This document shows, in pieces, positions 22,845-31,164 of a DNA stretch of 40,333 nucleotides. Source of the stretch: a virus. The notes below the pieces were generated by a model that was not told where the DNA came from, made no database searches, and worked only from the letters and a program-made list of their open reading frames with translations. Numbering within the stretch: the stretch's first letter is position 1; each line of letters begins with the position of its first letter. The stretch is from positions 1 through 40,333 of IMG/VR virus record IMGVR_UViG_3300050126_000021, one strand, 5' to 3'. The translations under genes and the position numbers were made by a program.

Positions 22845-22847
22845 CCT

Positions 22848-23702
22848 GTGCCACTACCAGACCCTTATACTCTCTCCCCGCCTAACATCCGGGCAATGCT
22901 TGTGCCTGATCCGGGCTATTGCTTTGCTGAGGTGGACCTGAGTGGTGCCGACGCACAGGTAGTCGCCTGGGAAGCAGGCGCGGAGAATTTGAAGCGTAAG
23001 CTACAAGCAAGCTACGATCTACATACAGAGAATGCTTATCACATCTATGGTCGAGATATCTCGCATCCTCGCCACACTCTCCATGTCAACGGGATGACCT
23101 TCCGAGACAACGCAAAACGTGCTGTGCATGCAGCTAACTATGCTGTCAGCTACCGAACGCTGGCGCAGAGCACAAGCATCACCGAGGCCAGAGCTACCGC
23201 CTTTCTTAACTGGTGGGCCAAAACAGAAAACCCCGCAATCGGCGAGTGGCATGAGAAAACAGAATACACTCTTCGCAGTCGCAGGATGCCAGTCATCCGA
23301 AACGCCTGGGGGTTTCGAAAGACATACACTGAGCGCTACAGCCCACAGCTACTACATCAAGCTCTAGCCTGGATCGCGCAATCAACAGTCGGGGTGACGA
23401 TCAACAAGATTATGTGTAAGATTGATTGTTGCTTGGACCTGTTAGGGCAGCCTAGATGCGGAAAGTGTCTGGTCTGCCGGCTCCAGAGCCAAGGAAGATT
23501 TAACGACCTGCAACTGCAACTTCAAATCCACGACAGCGTGTTGATGCAGATACGGCTAGATTGTTGCGGGGAACTGTTCCCTCTCGTACTTGAAGCCGCC
23601 AAAGTATCGATCCCTTACGCTGATCCGCTAGTAATTCCCTGTGAACTTAAATGGTCCCCTGTTGACTTTAGCTCGATGGAGAAGTGGGATGACAGCAAGT
23701 AA
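22848..23702 (+). CDS. DNA polymerase A part 2 (motifs A, B and C)
   Basis: Motif A is VDLSGADAQVVAW, motif B is RDNAKRAVHAANYAVSY and motif C is QIHDSVL. GTG start 4 nt after the upstream stop. Confidence 0.85.
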   Translation: MPLPDPYTLSPPNIRAMLVPDPGYCFAEVDLSGADAQVVAWEAGAENLKRKLQASYDLHTENAYHIYGRDISHPRHTLHVNGMTFRDNAKRAVHAANYAVSYRTLAQSTSITEARATAFLNWWAKTENPAIGEWHEKTEYTLRSRRMPVIRNAWGFRKTYTERYSPQLLHQALAWIAQSTVGVTINKIMCKIDCCLDLLGQPRCGKCLVCRLQSQGRFNDLQLQLQIHDSVLMQIRLDCCGELFPLVLEAAKVSIPYADPLVIPCELKWSPVDFSSMEKWDDSK

Positions 23703-23967
23703 ACCTAGCGCAGCTGCTCTCGCGGCAGAATGGGACCCGCGTCCGGGAGATGCGGTTATGCCGAAACGTGGTGTTCATAAAGGCCAAATCGGTATGCTTC
23801 ATATGCCGTGGGGACCGCCTGCAGGTTATTGTCGCGTTCAGTTTGGCTCTGACGGACCCTGGCAGGTTTACAAATTACGAAACCTGATTCCTGCAACCAA
23901 AGCCGAAATCAAGGCGCAAGGAAAAGATGGAGTCGGTGGTTTGCGAGGTTTCGATGCACCTCGTTAG
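23689..23967 (+). CDS. Hypothetical protein
   Basis: ATG 23689 overlaps the polymerase end. 92 aa. Confidence 0.5.
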   Translation: MTASKPSAAALAAEWDPRPGDAVMPKRGVHKGQIGMLHMPWGPPAGYCRVQFGSDGPWQVYKLRNLIPATKAEIKAQGKDGVGGLRGFDAPR

Positions 23968-23994
23968 CCAACCCCCTAGATACCCCTACCTGAT

Positions 23995-24005
23995 CCCCCC
24001 CCCCC
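23995..24005. repeat. C11 homopolymer in a C-rich, G-poor intergenic stretch
   Basis: Counted directly across the line break 23995-24005. Confidence 0.9.
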
Positions 24006-24029
24006 TGAAATAGAGCTATCATCACCATA

Positions 24030-25307
24030 ATGCCTCGTCATCACAAAGACTGGATACATGCCTATGTGGACAAGATGGCTCCGCGTAGTGAAGCACCTAG
24101 ACGCTACCTCTACTGGTCCGCTGTGGCTGCTGTTGGGGGTGCTCTGCGCCGCCGCTGCTATATCGATATGGTCACTTTCAAGTGGCATCCTAACTGGTTC
24201 ATCATTCTTGTTGGCCCTCCCGGCCTAGTAAAGAAATCCACAACAATCGACGTAGCGATGGGATTGCTGCGGAAGGTTCCAGGCGTCAACTTCGGATCAG
24301 ACATCAACACATGGGAAGGTTTCATTGACGAGATTGAATACGCCAAAGACGCCTTCGCCGTAGGTGATATCAGCGAGAATATCATGGAGCAGAACTACGA
24401 GATGACTTCTGCTATCACACTCAGCATCAGCGAGTGGGGGATGTTTCTTGATCCGAAGAACTTGACAATGATCAACGTGTTGACTGATTTGTGGGACTGC
24501 AAGGACACGGCCTTGACAAAGAACACGAAAACGCAGGGGCGGAATGTTGTGACAGCTCCTTATCTGAACATGGTCGCCGGAACTACGCCGAAGTGGATGG
24601 GAGACAACTTCCGCTTTGTGGGCTGGGGCTTTAGTGCCCGGTGTATCTTTCTGCACTGCGACAAGGCTGAGAGAAGCATTGCGTTTCCTGATCAGTTGTG
24701 GGGAGATGAAGCCGGGACATGGAGGGACAGTTTCATTGAGGACTTGTGTGATATTTCTACCCTACAGGGACCAATGGAACTTGCCCCCGACGCTCGCGCA
24801 TTCGCCTCAGAGTGGTATCAAGCAAACCAGGAGCGGATCACCGCATTCTCACAACATCCTAATGCTGATCCCTGGGTGGCAGAGTATCTTGCCAGGAAGC
24901 AAACACATATAATGAAGCTTTGCATCTGTCTGAGCGCCGCCCGGCGAACCAGTCGCCTGATCACCCTCTCCGACATGCGCGAGGCGACAGATGAATGCAA
25001 CAGGATTGAAGATGAACTAACCAAAGTATTCGGCTCCAAACGCAATGTTAGCAGGATTGCCGAGCTAAACCAAGATGTATGGAACGGTCTCTACAACGGG
25101 ATCGTGAAGTCAGGCGGTGAGATCACCTACAGGCAAGGAATGCGCTTCTGCTTCGGCTTCATGTCGCGTGGAGAGGCTGTTGCCCTGATAGATCAGCTTA
25201 TAGAGATGCAATACCTCAGCAAGCACGTTGATCCGACACCGGGAAACACTGTCACAGTGCTAAGGCTAGGTGCGCACTTCCAGAACGGAGAGAAGCAAGA
25301 CGCCTAG
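24030..25307 (+). CDS. P-loop NTPase, DUF3987-like (putative replicative helicase or primase-associated protein)
   Basis: Walker-A-like ILVGPPGLVKKST follows an N-terminal region laid out like DUF3987 proteins. It is the only helicase-like candidate in the genome. Confidence 0.45.
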   Translation: MPRHHKDWIHAYVDKMAPRSEAPRRYLYWSAVAAVGGALRRRCYIDMVTFKWHPNWFIILVGPPGLVKKSTTIDVAMGLLRKVPGVNFGSDINTWEGFIDEIEYAKDAFAVGDISENIMEQNYEMTSAITLSISEWGMFLDPKNLTMINVLTDLWDCKDTALTKNTKTQGRNVVTAPYLNMVAGTTPKWMGDNFRFVGWGFSARCIFLHCDKAERSIAFPDQLWGDEAGTWRDSFIEDLCDISTLQGPMELAPDARAFASEWYQANQERITAFSQHPNADPWVAEYLARKQTHIMKLCICLSAARRTSRLITLSDMREATDECNRIEDELTKVFGSKRNVSRIAELNQDVWNGLYNGIVKSGGEITYRQGMRFCFGFMSRGEAVALIDQLIEMQYLSKHVDPTPGNTVTVLRLGAHFQNGEKQDA

Positions 25308-27832
25308 AAGGGGCTAGCCTCTCCTGCATACTCTTGTGCAGCTTCCCGCCCAGCGGCTAGCCCATAGGCTCTATACTTAGTCTCAATCGACTTGATCAGC
25401 CCTTCAAGCTGGGGGCTGTCACTGCGCATCTTCCCTGCTGCTCGGACAAGCGGCAAGATCGCTGGCACCCGCGCCATGTTGTTTATTGCGGTAAACAAGG
25501 CATGACTTGCATAAGGGGCTATAATCATCCCGCCGCCAAGCGCCATCCGCTCAAGCCTTCCATGCATCGCACCTTGTATAATCTCCTCAGCTCCTACAAA
25601 TGGCAACCACGAGCGAGTGCCCGCAAACCAGGTCCGATGCTTCTCCGGAGTCATCGCAACTCGGTCAGCAATCTTCGCCCAGCCAAGCATGTTCTCCACA
25701 CCATCCCGATCGAACAAGGTTTGCAGGCTTTCTTGGTTCTCTCTCAACCACCCAACCGCCTTCGCAATGCTGAAAGGCTTCCCAGGCTCTTGTCCCTTGT
25801 TAAGCATCTGAAAGATAGCCATCCCCTTCATGTCCTCTCTGCCGCGAGGACCGACTGCTCTAGCGAGAGTTTGGAGCTTGATAGTATCCCCTCCCTCAAT
25901 CGTCTTGATCACCCTGTCGAAGAACATCGCCGGAGTGATGGTTTTTTCAAGTTGGGCGGGATTAGCACTGCCAAATATCTCTCTCAGCGGACCTAAGTTC
26001 TCAGCATAGAACTTGTTCGCTTGATCCGCTCGACGCAAGAATACTTCTACTGTCATGCCCATACTAGCTGCTTCCCCGGCAGCGGCAGTCATCAGTCCTT
26101 CTTTGATCCTGGTTAGCTGATATACTGCTGCGCTATCCTTTACAGCTTGGCGCAAGCCACGATTTACAGCAGTTAGGGCAGCGCTGAACTTGCTGGGCGA
26201 GATGGGATCAGGGGCATAAGGAGGCGGTTTGTCAGGTGGCGGCGGTATGCGTCCACTGTCAATATCTCTTCTAAGTATCGCATCCTTGTACAGCGTTGGC
26301 ACACCTGTTGCGTACTGTTTCTCCCAGTCGTCTCTCTCTTTCTGATATGCCTTTATCTCCTGCTCACTTCCTGCCCTCGCGGCATCCTCATCTCGAAGCC
26401 CAAGCTCCTCATATACCCTGTTCGCATATGTTTTAGCTTGCGGAGCTACAGCAACACCGTTGACCCTGCTCTCGTTCGCGTAACCAGACACGACACCTCT
26501 AAGGATGTCACTATCAAAGCCTTCAAATGCTCTACCAGCGAGGTTCCTGGCTCCATAGTTTCGGTTGTTCTGCGCCCACAAGCCTTTAGTGTAGGTAAGA
26601 AAGTTAGCCAGGGGCTGAGCTGTGTTCCTGCCAACAGCCTGCACACTGTCCTGTAATGTCTTTAGGAATGTATTGTAGGTTCCTTTGTCAGCCAGACGCT
26701 TAGCAGCCCAAGATGCAGAATTACCTACAATTCTCCCCACCTCCCCTCCAATCGCACCGAACACACCTTCAAGCACCCGGCTTGTGTTCTCAGGATCAGA
26801 GTTGTAAGTAGTCGCTCCTAGTGCTGCTCCACCAGCCGCAGGCAGTAATGCTCTACTTACCAGAGATAGCGCCTTCGGTATAACTAGAGCAGGTGTTATC
26901 GGACCAAGGAACCTAGCAGCTGCTAGTAGCCCTGCACCAGTTCCAACAGCCTCGCCGATCGTCGCAATGACAGGATGATCCCTCAACAACTGCGCGTTGC
27001 CATATTTCTCCTCCAGCTCATTCACACCCTGAGTGAATTGTGCCGCAGCTTCCGGCGCTGTCATCTCTAGCCCAACTTGCACCGGCCCGAGGACGAGATT
27101 TTGCAACCCTCTCCGCGCGCCTTGTACTAGCGCACCTGCCTGCTCTGCAAATTCTGGCGTGACTGCTCTGACCTGATCTTCATCTGTGCGCATCCCGAAG
27201 CGTATGGCCTCAGTGTCAGGTGGCTCCTCTACAGGCTTTCTCGCCGGCGCGAGCTGTAGCGCTTCATCCACGTCTATTCGACGCTTGGCTGTCAGCAGGC
27301 CCTGCGCAGGTGTGTCGATAAGTCCAGCCCTGCCAAGCACACTAGGGACATACTTCTTCGTCTCCTCCGGTAGTGCACCTTTCCCGCTATCCGGCCTTCC
27401 CGCAGCAATCCACGCGTCCACCTTGCCAGGGCCAGCATTGTATGCAGCCAGTGCATCATTCCAGCTCCCGTATTTATCGTATAGCTGGCCTAGAAATCTT
27501 GTCCCGCCTTCTCTGTTCTGTCCTTCGTTGTCTATGTCAACCCTCAATTCCTTCGCTGTGTCAGGCATTAGCCCCATGACACCTTTAGCACCTTTCGGGC
27601 TAATAGTATCTTGCTTCCCCCCGCTCTCTACCATCTCAACACCATGAGCTACCAGCGGGAGCGCATCACGATCTGCCCTTGGCTTTGTACTAGGGACAGG
27701 AGCATCTGGTTGAGTAACTGGCGCAAGAGTTGTTGTGGCTGCTGCTAGCGCGCTCGGGTCTGCCGTGGCCGGCAATGGTCCGCCAACCATGCCTACAGCT
27801 TGATCAACACTTATCCGGGGGCTACTGCCCAT
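25304..27832 (-). CDS. Internal virion/ejection protein with an N-terminal lytic transglycosylase (SLT) domain
   Basis: VESGG...GAKGVMGLMPDTA...GG.RFL..LY....W..ALAAYNAGPGKV. 842 aa and last gene of the late arm. Confidence 0.8.
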   Translation of the reverse strand: MGSSPRISVDQAVGMVGGPLPATADPSALAAATTTLAPVTQPDAPVPSTKPRADRDALPLVAHGVEMVESGGKQDTISPKGAKGVMGLMPDTAKELRVDIDNEGQNREGGTRFLGQLYDKYGSWNDALAAYNAGPGKVDAWIAAGRPDSGKGALPEETKKYVPSVLGRAGLIDTPAQGLLTAKRRIDVDEALQLAPARKPVEEPPDTEAIRFGMRTDEDQVRAVTPEFAEQAGALVQGARRGLQNLVLGPVQVGLEMTAPEAAAQFTQGVNELEEKYGNAQLLRDHPVIATIGEAVGTGAGLLAAARFLGPITPALVIPKALSLVSRALLPAAGGAALGATTYNSDPENTSRVLEGVFGAIGGEVGRIVGNSASWAAKRLADKGTYNTFLKTLQDSVQAVGRNTAQPLANFLTYTKGLWAQNNRNYGARNLAGRAFEGFDSDILRGVVSGYANESRVNGVAVAPQAKTYANRVYEELGLRDEDAARAGSEQEIKAYQKERDDWEKQYATGVPTLYKDAILRRDIDSGRIPPPPDKPPPYAPDPISPSKFSAALTAVNRGLRQAVKDSAAVYQLTRIKEGLMTAAAGEAASMGMTVEVFLRRADQANKFYAENLGPLREIFGSANPAQLEKTITPAMFFDRVIKTIEGGDTIKLQTLARAVGPRGREDMKGMAIFQMLNKGQEPGKPFSIAKAVGWLRENQESLQTLFDRDGVENMLGWAKIADRVAMTPEKHRTWFAGTRSWLPFVGAEEIIQGAMHGRLERMALGGGMIIAPYASHALFTAINNMARVPAILPLVRAAGKMRSDSPQLEGLIKSIETKYRAYGLAAGREAAQEYAGEASPF

Positions 27833-29264
27833 TGGCCGCCCGCACTCGCATCTCAGCTAGTTGCTGCTCCGGTGTCCTGCCAGTTCTCCTCGCAGCCGCG
27901 ATCAGGTCTGCCCCAGTGATACATACGTTCCCAACTTCATAATCCTTCTGTCCCTCGACAACAGGCTTCAATGTCTTTGGATCGACTTGGTTCCCTTGAT
28001 AGAGCACCACACTATTCCCTCCAGCGCTAATATAGCTTTCCAGCGAGCCAACCCTAGCCTTCACCGCCTGCCATTTCGTGATCGCATCGTCTAGCGGTTT
28101 TATGTTCTGTCCGCCGACAAGGCCGTCCTTGGCAGTCTGTAGCCCAGCAAGCTGCTGATCAGCTACAGCATTTGTTGCGATGATATTAGCCAGCGGCGAA
28201 CGGGCCAGTCCTGGTGTCACGTCCCTCGCAAGGCTAACTCTACCCTCCGCAAAGAACCCGCCGCCGCTAGTCGCTTTCTGGCTGATTGCTTGTAGCTGGT
28301 TCTCGTACATTGCTAATGTATTCGGATCGCCTGTCCCGAAGCCATGCTTCTCTAGCCAAGCCTTCAACGGCGCACCTGTCAGCGTCCCGCTAGCATCACC
28401 AGACCGCTCCAGAGCATCGAGAAAGTTTGATGTTGACGTTGCCAGCTCGCTCGCTGTAGTCGCCTGCGCTATCTGTGGCTGCGGAGTCTGTTGTGGCTTG
28501 TTGACCTGGATGTTAGCGCTTTCCTTAGCCGCGTCAACCCTAGCCTGGTTCTGCTGTATCTCGTTGATCTTCGTCAGATAGGCTTTTGACCCTCCAGTCC
28601 GAAAGGCTGCGATAGCCTGAGCCTGTTGCGTTGGGTCAGTGATACCTTGCGCTGCGAGTTGAGCGACAATCCCTTTTTGATCACCAGTAATCAGAGAGTT
28701 CGCTGCGTCAAGCTGGCTCTGTAGTAGAGCGTTCTCCTTGCTCTTGCCTGTAGCCTCCTCAGCAGTCAGTCCAGTTTGAGCTTGGATTAAAGGTGCGCGA
28801 GTAGCTTCCGTCGCAGTCTGTGCTCCGAGCAATGCTGGCTTCGCGGCTTCCGTCGTTGTCTCAGCTGCAGTCAGCGCATTTCTCGCTGCGTTTCCGGCTA
28901 GCTGGGACTGTAACAGCGGCACAGCATAAGGTGATGTTGCCTCGGCTGTTGTGTTAGCGATATTTCGCCCCCTGGCCTGCTGCTGCACATTCTCTGTCTC
29001 CGCTCCGGCTCCCGCGATATTCTGCGCCAGTAGATCAGCCTTGAGCTTGTTCGTGTAGCTAGTAACTCCTGCCGCGCCGAACTTGGCCTGGATAACTTGT
29101 AGCTTCTGCTGCGGAGAAATGCTCTGATCCGCGGTGATGTCTGCTACGCCCTGATCTACCTTTGACTGGGCGATTGCGCCAGCTAGTTGTCCGGCAACGC
29201 CGCCTAGCCCCAGACCAAGATCGCCCCAGCGAGTGTCTTTCTGTAGGTTGATAACCGCCATCAC
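27822..29264 (-). CDS. Internal virion/ejection protein (Ala/Gln-rich, helical)
   Basis: 480 aa. Function inferred from position and composition only. Confidence 0.5.
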   Translation of the reverse strand: MMAVINLQKDTRWGDLGLGLGGVAGQLAGAIAQSKVDQGVADITADQSISPQQKLQVIQAKFGAAGVTSYTNKLKADLLAQNIAGAGAETENVQQQARGRNIANTTAEATSPYAVPLLQSQLAGNAARNALTAAETTTEAAKPALLGAQTATEATRAPLIQAQTGLTAEEATGKSKENALLQSQLDAANSLITGDQKGIVAQLAAQGITDPTQQAQAIAAFRTGGSKAYLTKINEIQQNQARVDAAKESANIQVNKPQQTPQPQIAQATTASELATSTSNFLDALERSGDASGTLTGAPLKAWLEKHGFGTGDPNTLAMYENQLQAISQKATSGGGFFAEGRVSLARDVTPGLARSPLANIIATNAVADQQLAGLQTAKDGLVGGQNIKPLDDAITKWQAVKARVGSLESYISAGGNSVVLYQGNQVDPKTLKPVVEGQKDYEVGNVCITGADLIAAARRTGRTPEQQLAEMRVRAANGQ

Positions 29265-30595
29265 AGCGCCTCAAGTGCAGCTAGTGCGTAGTTGACGGCC
29301 TTGTAGCCGCTTGGCATGGTTACGACTGCGCGAGGTGATACTTGCTCAACCTCATCAGCCATCAACCCTATTCGCGGGGTCGGATCGCCCTTGTAGCGGA
29401 ACAAGTAGACTGGTAGCTCGTTATCCAGCTCGCCAACCCGCACAATACCTTCTTTCAGTCTGCGATCTGAGGCGGTGGCGGTAGGATTGTACCCCAATGC
29501 TTGTGCAAGTATGTTAGAGGCCCCTGTGTTTCCTGCCAGCCCAGTCAACAGCCCCTGCAACAGACCAGTCGAGCCTTGCTGCGCGACTGTGTTTGTTTGC
29601 TGCGTCGGCGTGGTTCCAAAACCGGCCAGGAGTTGCAGGAGAGTGTTGTACTGGGTATTCTCCCCAGTGATCTGTTGCTGAGCAGTCGCCTGCGGCACAG
29701 AACCGGCGTTCAGAAGCTGCGTCAAGATTGACGTAGTGTCCGCCGTAGGCTCCTCAGCCGCAGTGATAGTTGATGGTGTCAGCCCGAGGGCTGTCAGCAC
29801 GTCACCCTCACCGGCCTGGGTAGAGGCTACGTTGGTCTGGCCTGTGGAAAGCAAGGAGGCTAGATTAGCTAGAGTAACCTGGTTGCTTGCACTCTGGTTT
29901 CCGGCATTTGTGGTAAGCGCGGCTTGTAGGTTAGCTAGATTAGTGCTCAACCCAGCCGTCTGGTTTGCTTCAGCGGCTTGCAAGTTAGCGGTCTGATTAG
30001 CTTCCTGTCCGGCGAGCGCGTACTGTGATCCTGTCCCAGCGAGTGTAGTGTTAAGATTACTCTCTGCTAGCGCGTCTGCAAGCTGTGTGTCGCTACTGTA
30101 AGCTCCACCCGCCGATCGGCCTGCGCCACCGCTTAGGGCAGGCGCGACGGTTTGCAGAAAGTTGCTTGTTACTGGGTCAACAACTCCCTGGATGAATGCC
30201 GGCAGGGTACCTACCTGCTGCGCACTAACCGTTGAAGGTGCCCCGGCTTGGGGGGTTGAGCTGATAAGTGTTGGCGTAGCTGAAGGGGCGCTGATCTGCG
30301 GTGCTGTATAGCCAAACGCCTGTTGTAGCGCTGTCAGGGCATTGTTTGCGGTCGTGGTTGCGTTGCCGGGGACCGCGGCTCCTTGTGCAATAGTCCCCAG
30401 TCCGCCTAGAGCGGAAGTCTGCAAAGAGCTGAGTGGCGCAGCGAACGTCCCTCCGCTAGCTGCACTCTCTCCAGCCGGCACCCCGCCGCTCGTCAACAGA
30501 CTTGCCAACAGCGCCTGTATCCCACTCTGCGTGCTGTTTGTAGTCGAGGCAGTAGTGCTACTTGTCGAAGGCTGGGAGCCGAATAGGAAGGACAT
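29261..30595 (-). CDS. S/T/A/Q/N-rich virion protein with a C-terminal S74-type intramolecular chaperone domain
   Basis: C-terminus is SDRRLKEGI...LPVYLFRYKGD...RIGLMADEVEQV.P. The first ~370 aa have very few charged residues. Confidence 0.7.
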   Translation of the reverse strand: MSFLFGSQPSTSSTTASTTNSTQSGIQALLASLLTSGGVPAGESAASGGTFAAPLSSLQTSALGGLGTIAQGAAVPGNATTTANNALTALQQAFGYTAPQISAPSATPTLISSTPQAGAPSTVSAQQVGTLPAFIQGVVDPVTSNFLQTVAPALSGGAGRSAGGAYSSDTQLADALAESNLNTTLAGTGSQYALAGQEANQTANLQAAEANQTAGLSTNLANLQAALTTNAGNQSASNQVTLANLASLLSTGQTNVASTQAGEGDVLTALGLTPSTITAAEEPTADTTSILTQLLNAGSVPQATAQQQITGENTQYNTLLQLLAGFGTTPTQQTNTVAQQGSTGLLQGLLTGLAGNTGASNILAQALGYNPTATASDRRLKEGIVRVGELDNELPVYLFRYKGDPTPRIGLMADEVEQVSPRAVVTMPSGYKAVNYALAALEAL

Positions 30596-30596
30596 T

Positions 30597-31127
30597 CTAC
30601 TGATCCCTTCGCAGGCCGAGGATTACGAGATCATACAGCCCAGGCGCGACAACGCTCATTCTTGTCCTTGTGACATCATCAGGCTGCCAGCCCCGCACGA
30701 TAGCCTTTACTAGCCTGCCCTCATGCTCGAAGCCGAGTTGCCTGGCCAGTCTCACAGCTGCCCTGTTGTCGCTAGGGATAATCGCCCACAGCTTGAGCAG
30801 CGCGCGATCAGTAAATGCTCGTCCGATCGCGTACTGGATGAACCTCTTCGCGATGATCCCTCGAAAGTTAGCGTGAAAGCCAGTATGGATTTCGGCTGCG
30901 ATAGTTGTCCGCTGCACCAGTTGCACATACCCGATGATAGTGTCGGCATAGCAGCAGGCGAGTGTCCAGGTGTGGCTATGGGCAAGATGGGCCTCGATCT
31001 GCATTGCTTCTGGCGGTGGTGCGCCGGCATCAGAGGCAGACCAGTAGATTTCCGGCTGGCGCATGAATGCAGCCATGCTAGAGATGTCGAAGTTCTCGAT
31101 AGCTTGGAAGCCTTGCGCCGGTGCCAT
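30597..31127 (-). CDS. GNAT-family N-acetyltransferase
   Basis: IGYVQL......AEIH.GF...FRG.IAKRFI.YAIGRAF......KLWA.I...N.AA.RLARQLGFEHEG matches the RimJ/RimL-like pattern. Confidence 0.75.
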   Translation of the reverse strand: MAPAQGFQAIENFDISSMAAFMRQPEIYWSASDAGAPPPEAMQIEAHLAHSHTWTLACCYADTIIGYVQLVQRTTIAAEIHTGFHANFRGIIAKRFIQYAIGRAFTDRALLKLWAIIPSDNRAAVRLARQLGFEHEGRLVKAIVRGWQPDDVTRTRMSVVAPGLYDLVILGLRRDQ

Positions 31128-31164
31128 GCTTAAGTGTCCCGTACAATCAATCTGTTGTCAAGCA

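Noticed and set aside
21482-22847. The spacer between the polymerase halves read as an intein, group I intron or homing-endonuclease insertion
   Set aside because: No intein splice-junction residues sit at the ends of the halves. No HNH, GIY-YIG or LAGLIDADG motifs are visible. The spacer holds four ordinary-looking genes with their own starts.
31156-31161. Perfect TTGACA (minus strand) in the gap before the GNAT gene
   Set aside because: No acceptable -10 hexamer lies 16-18 nt downstream. A single hexamer match is expected by chance.
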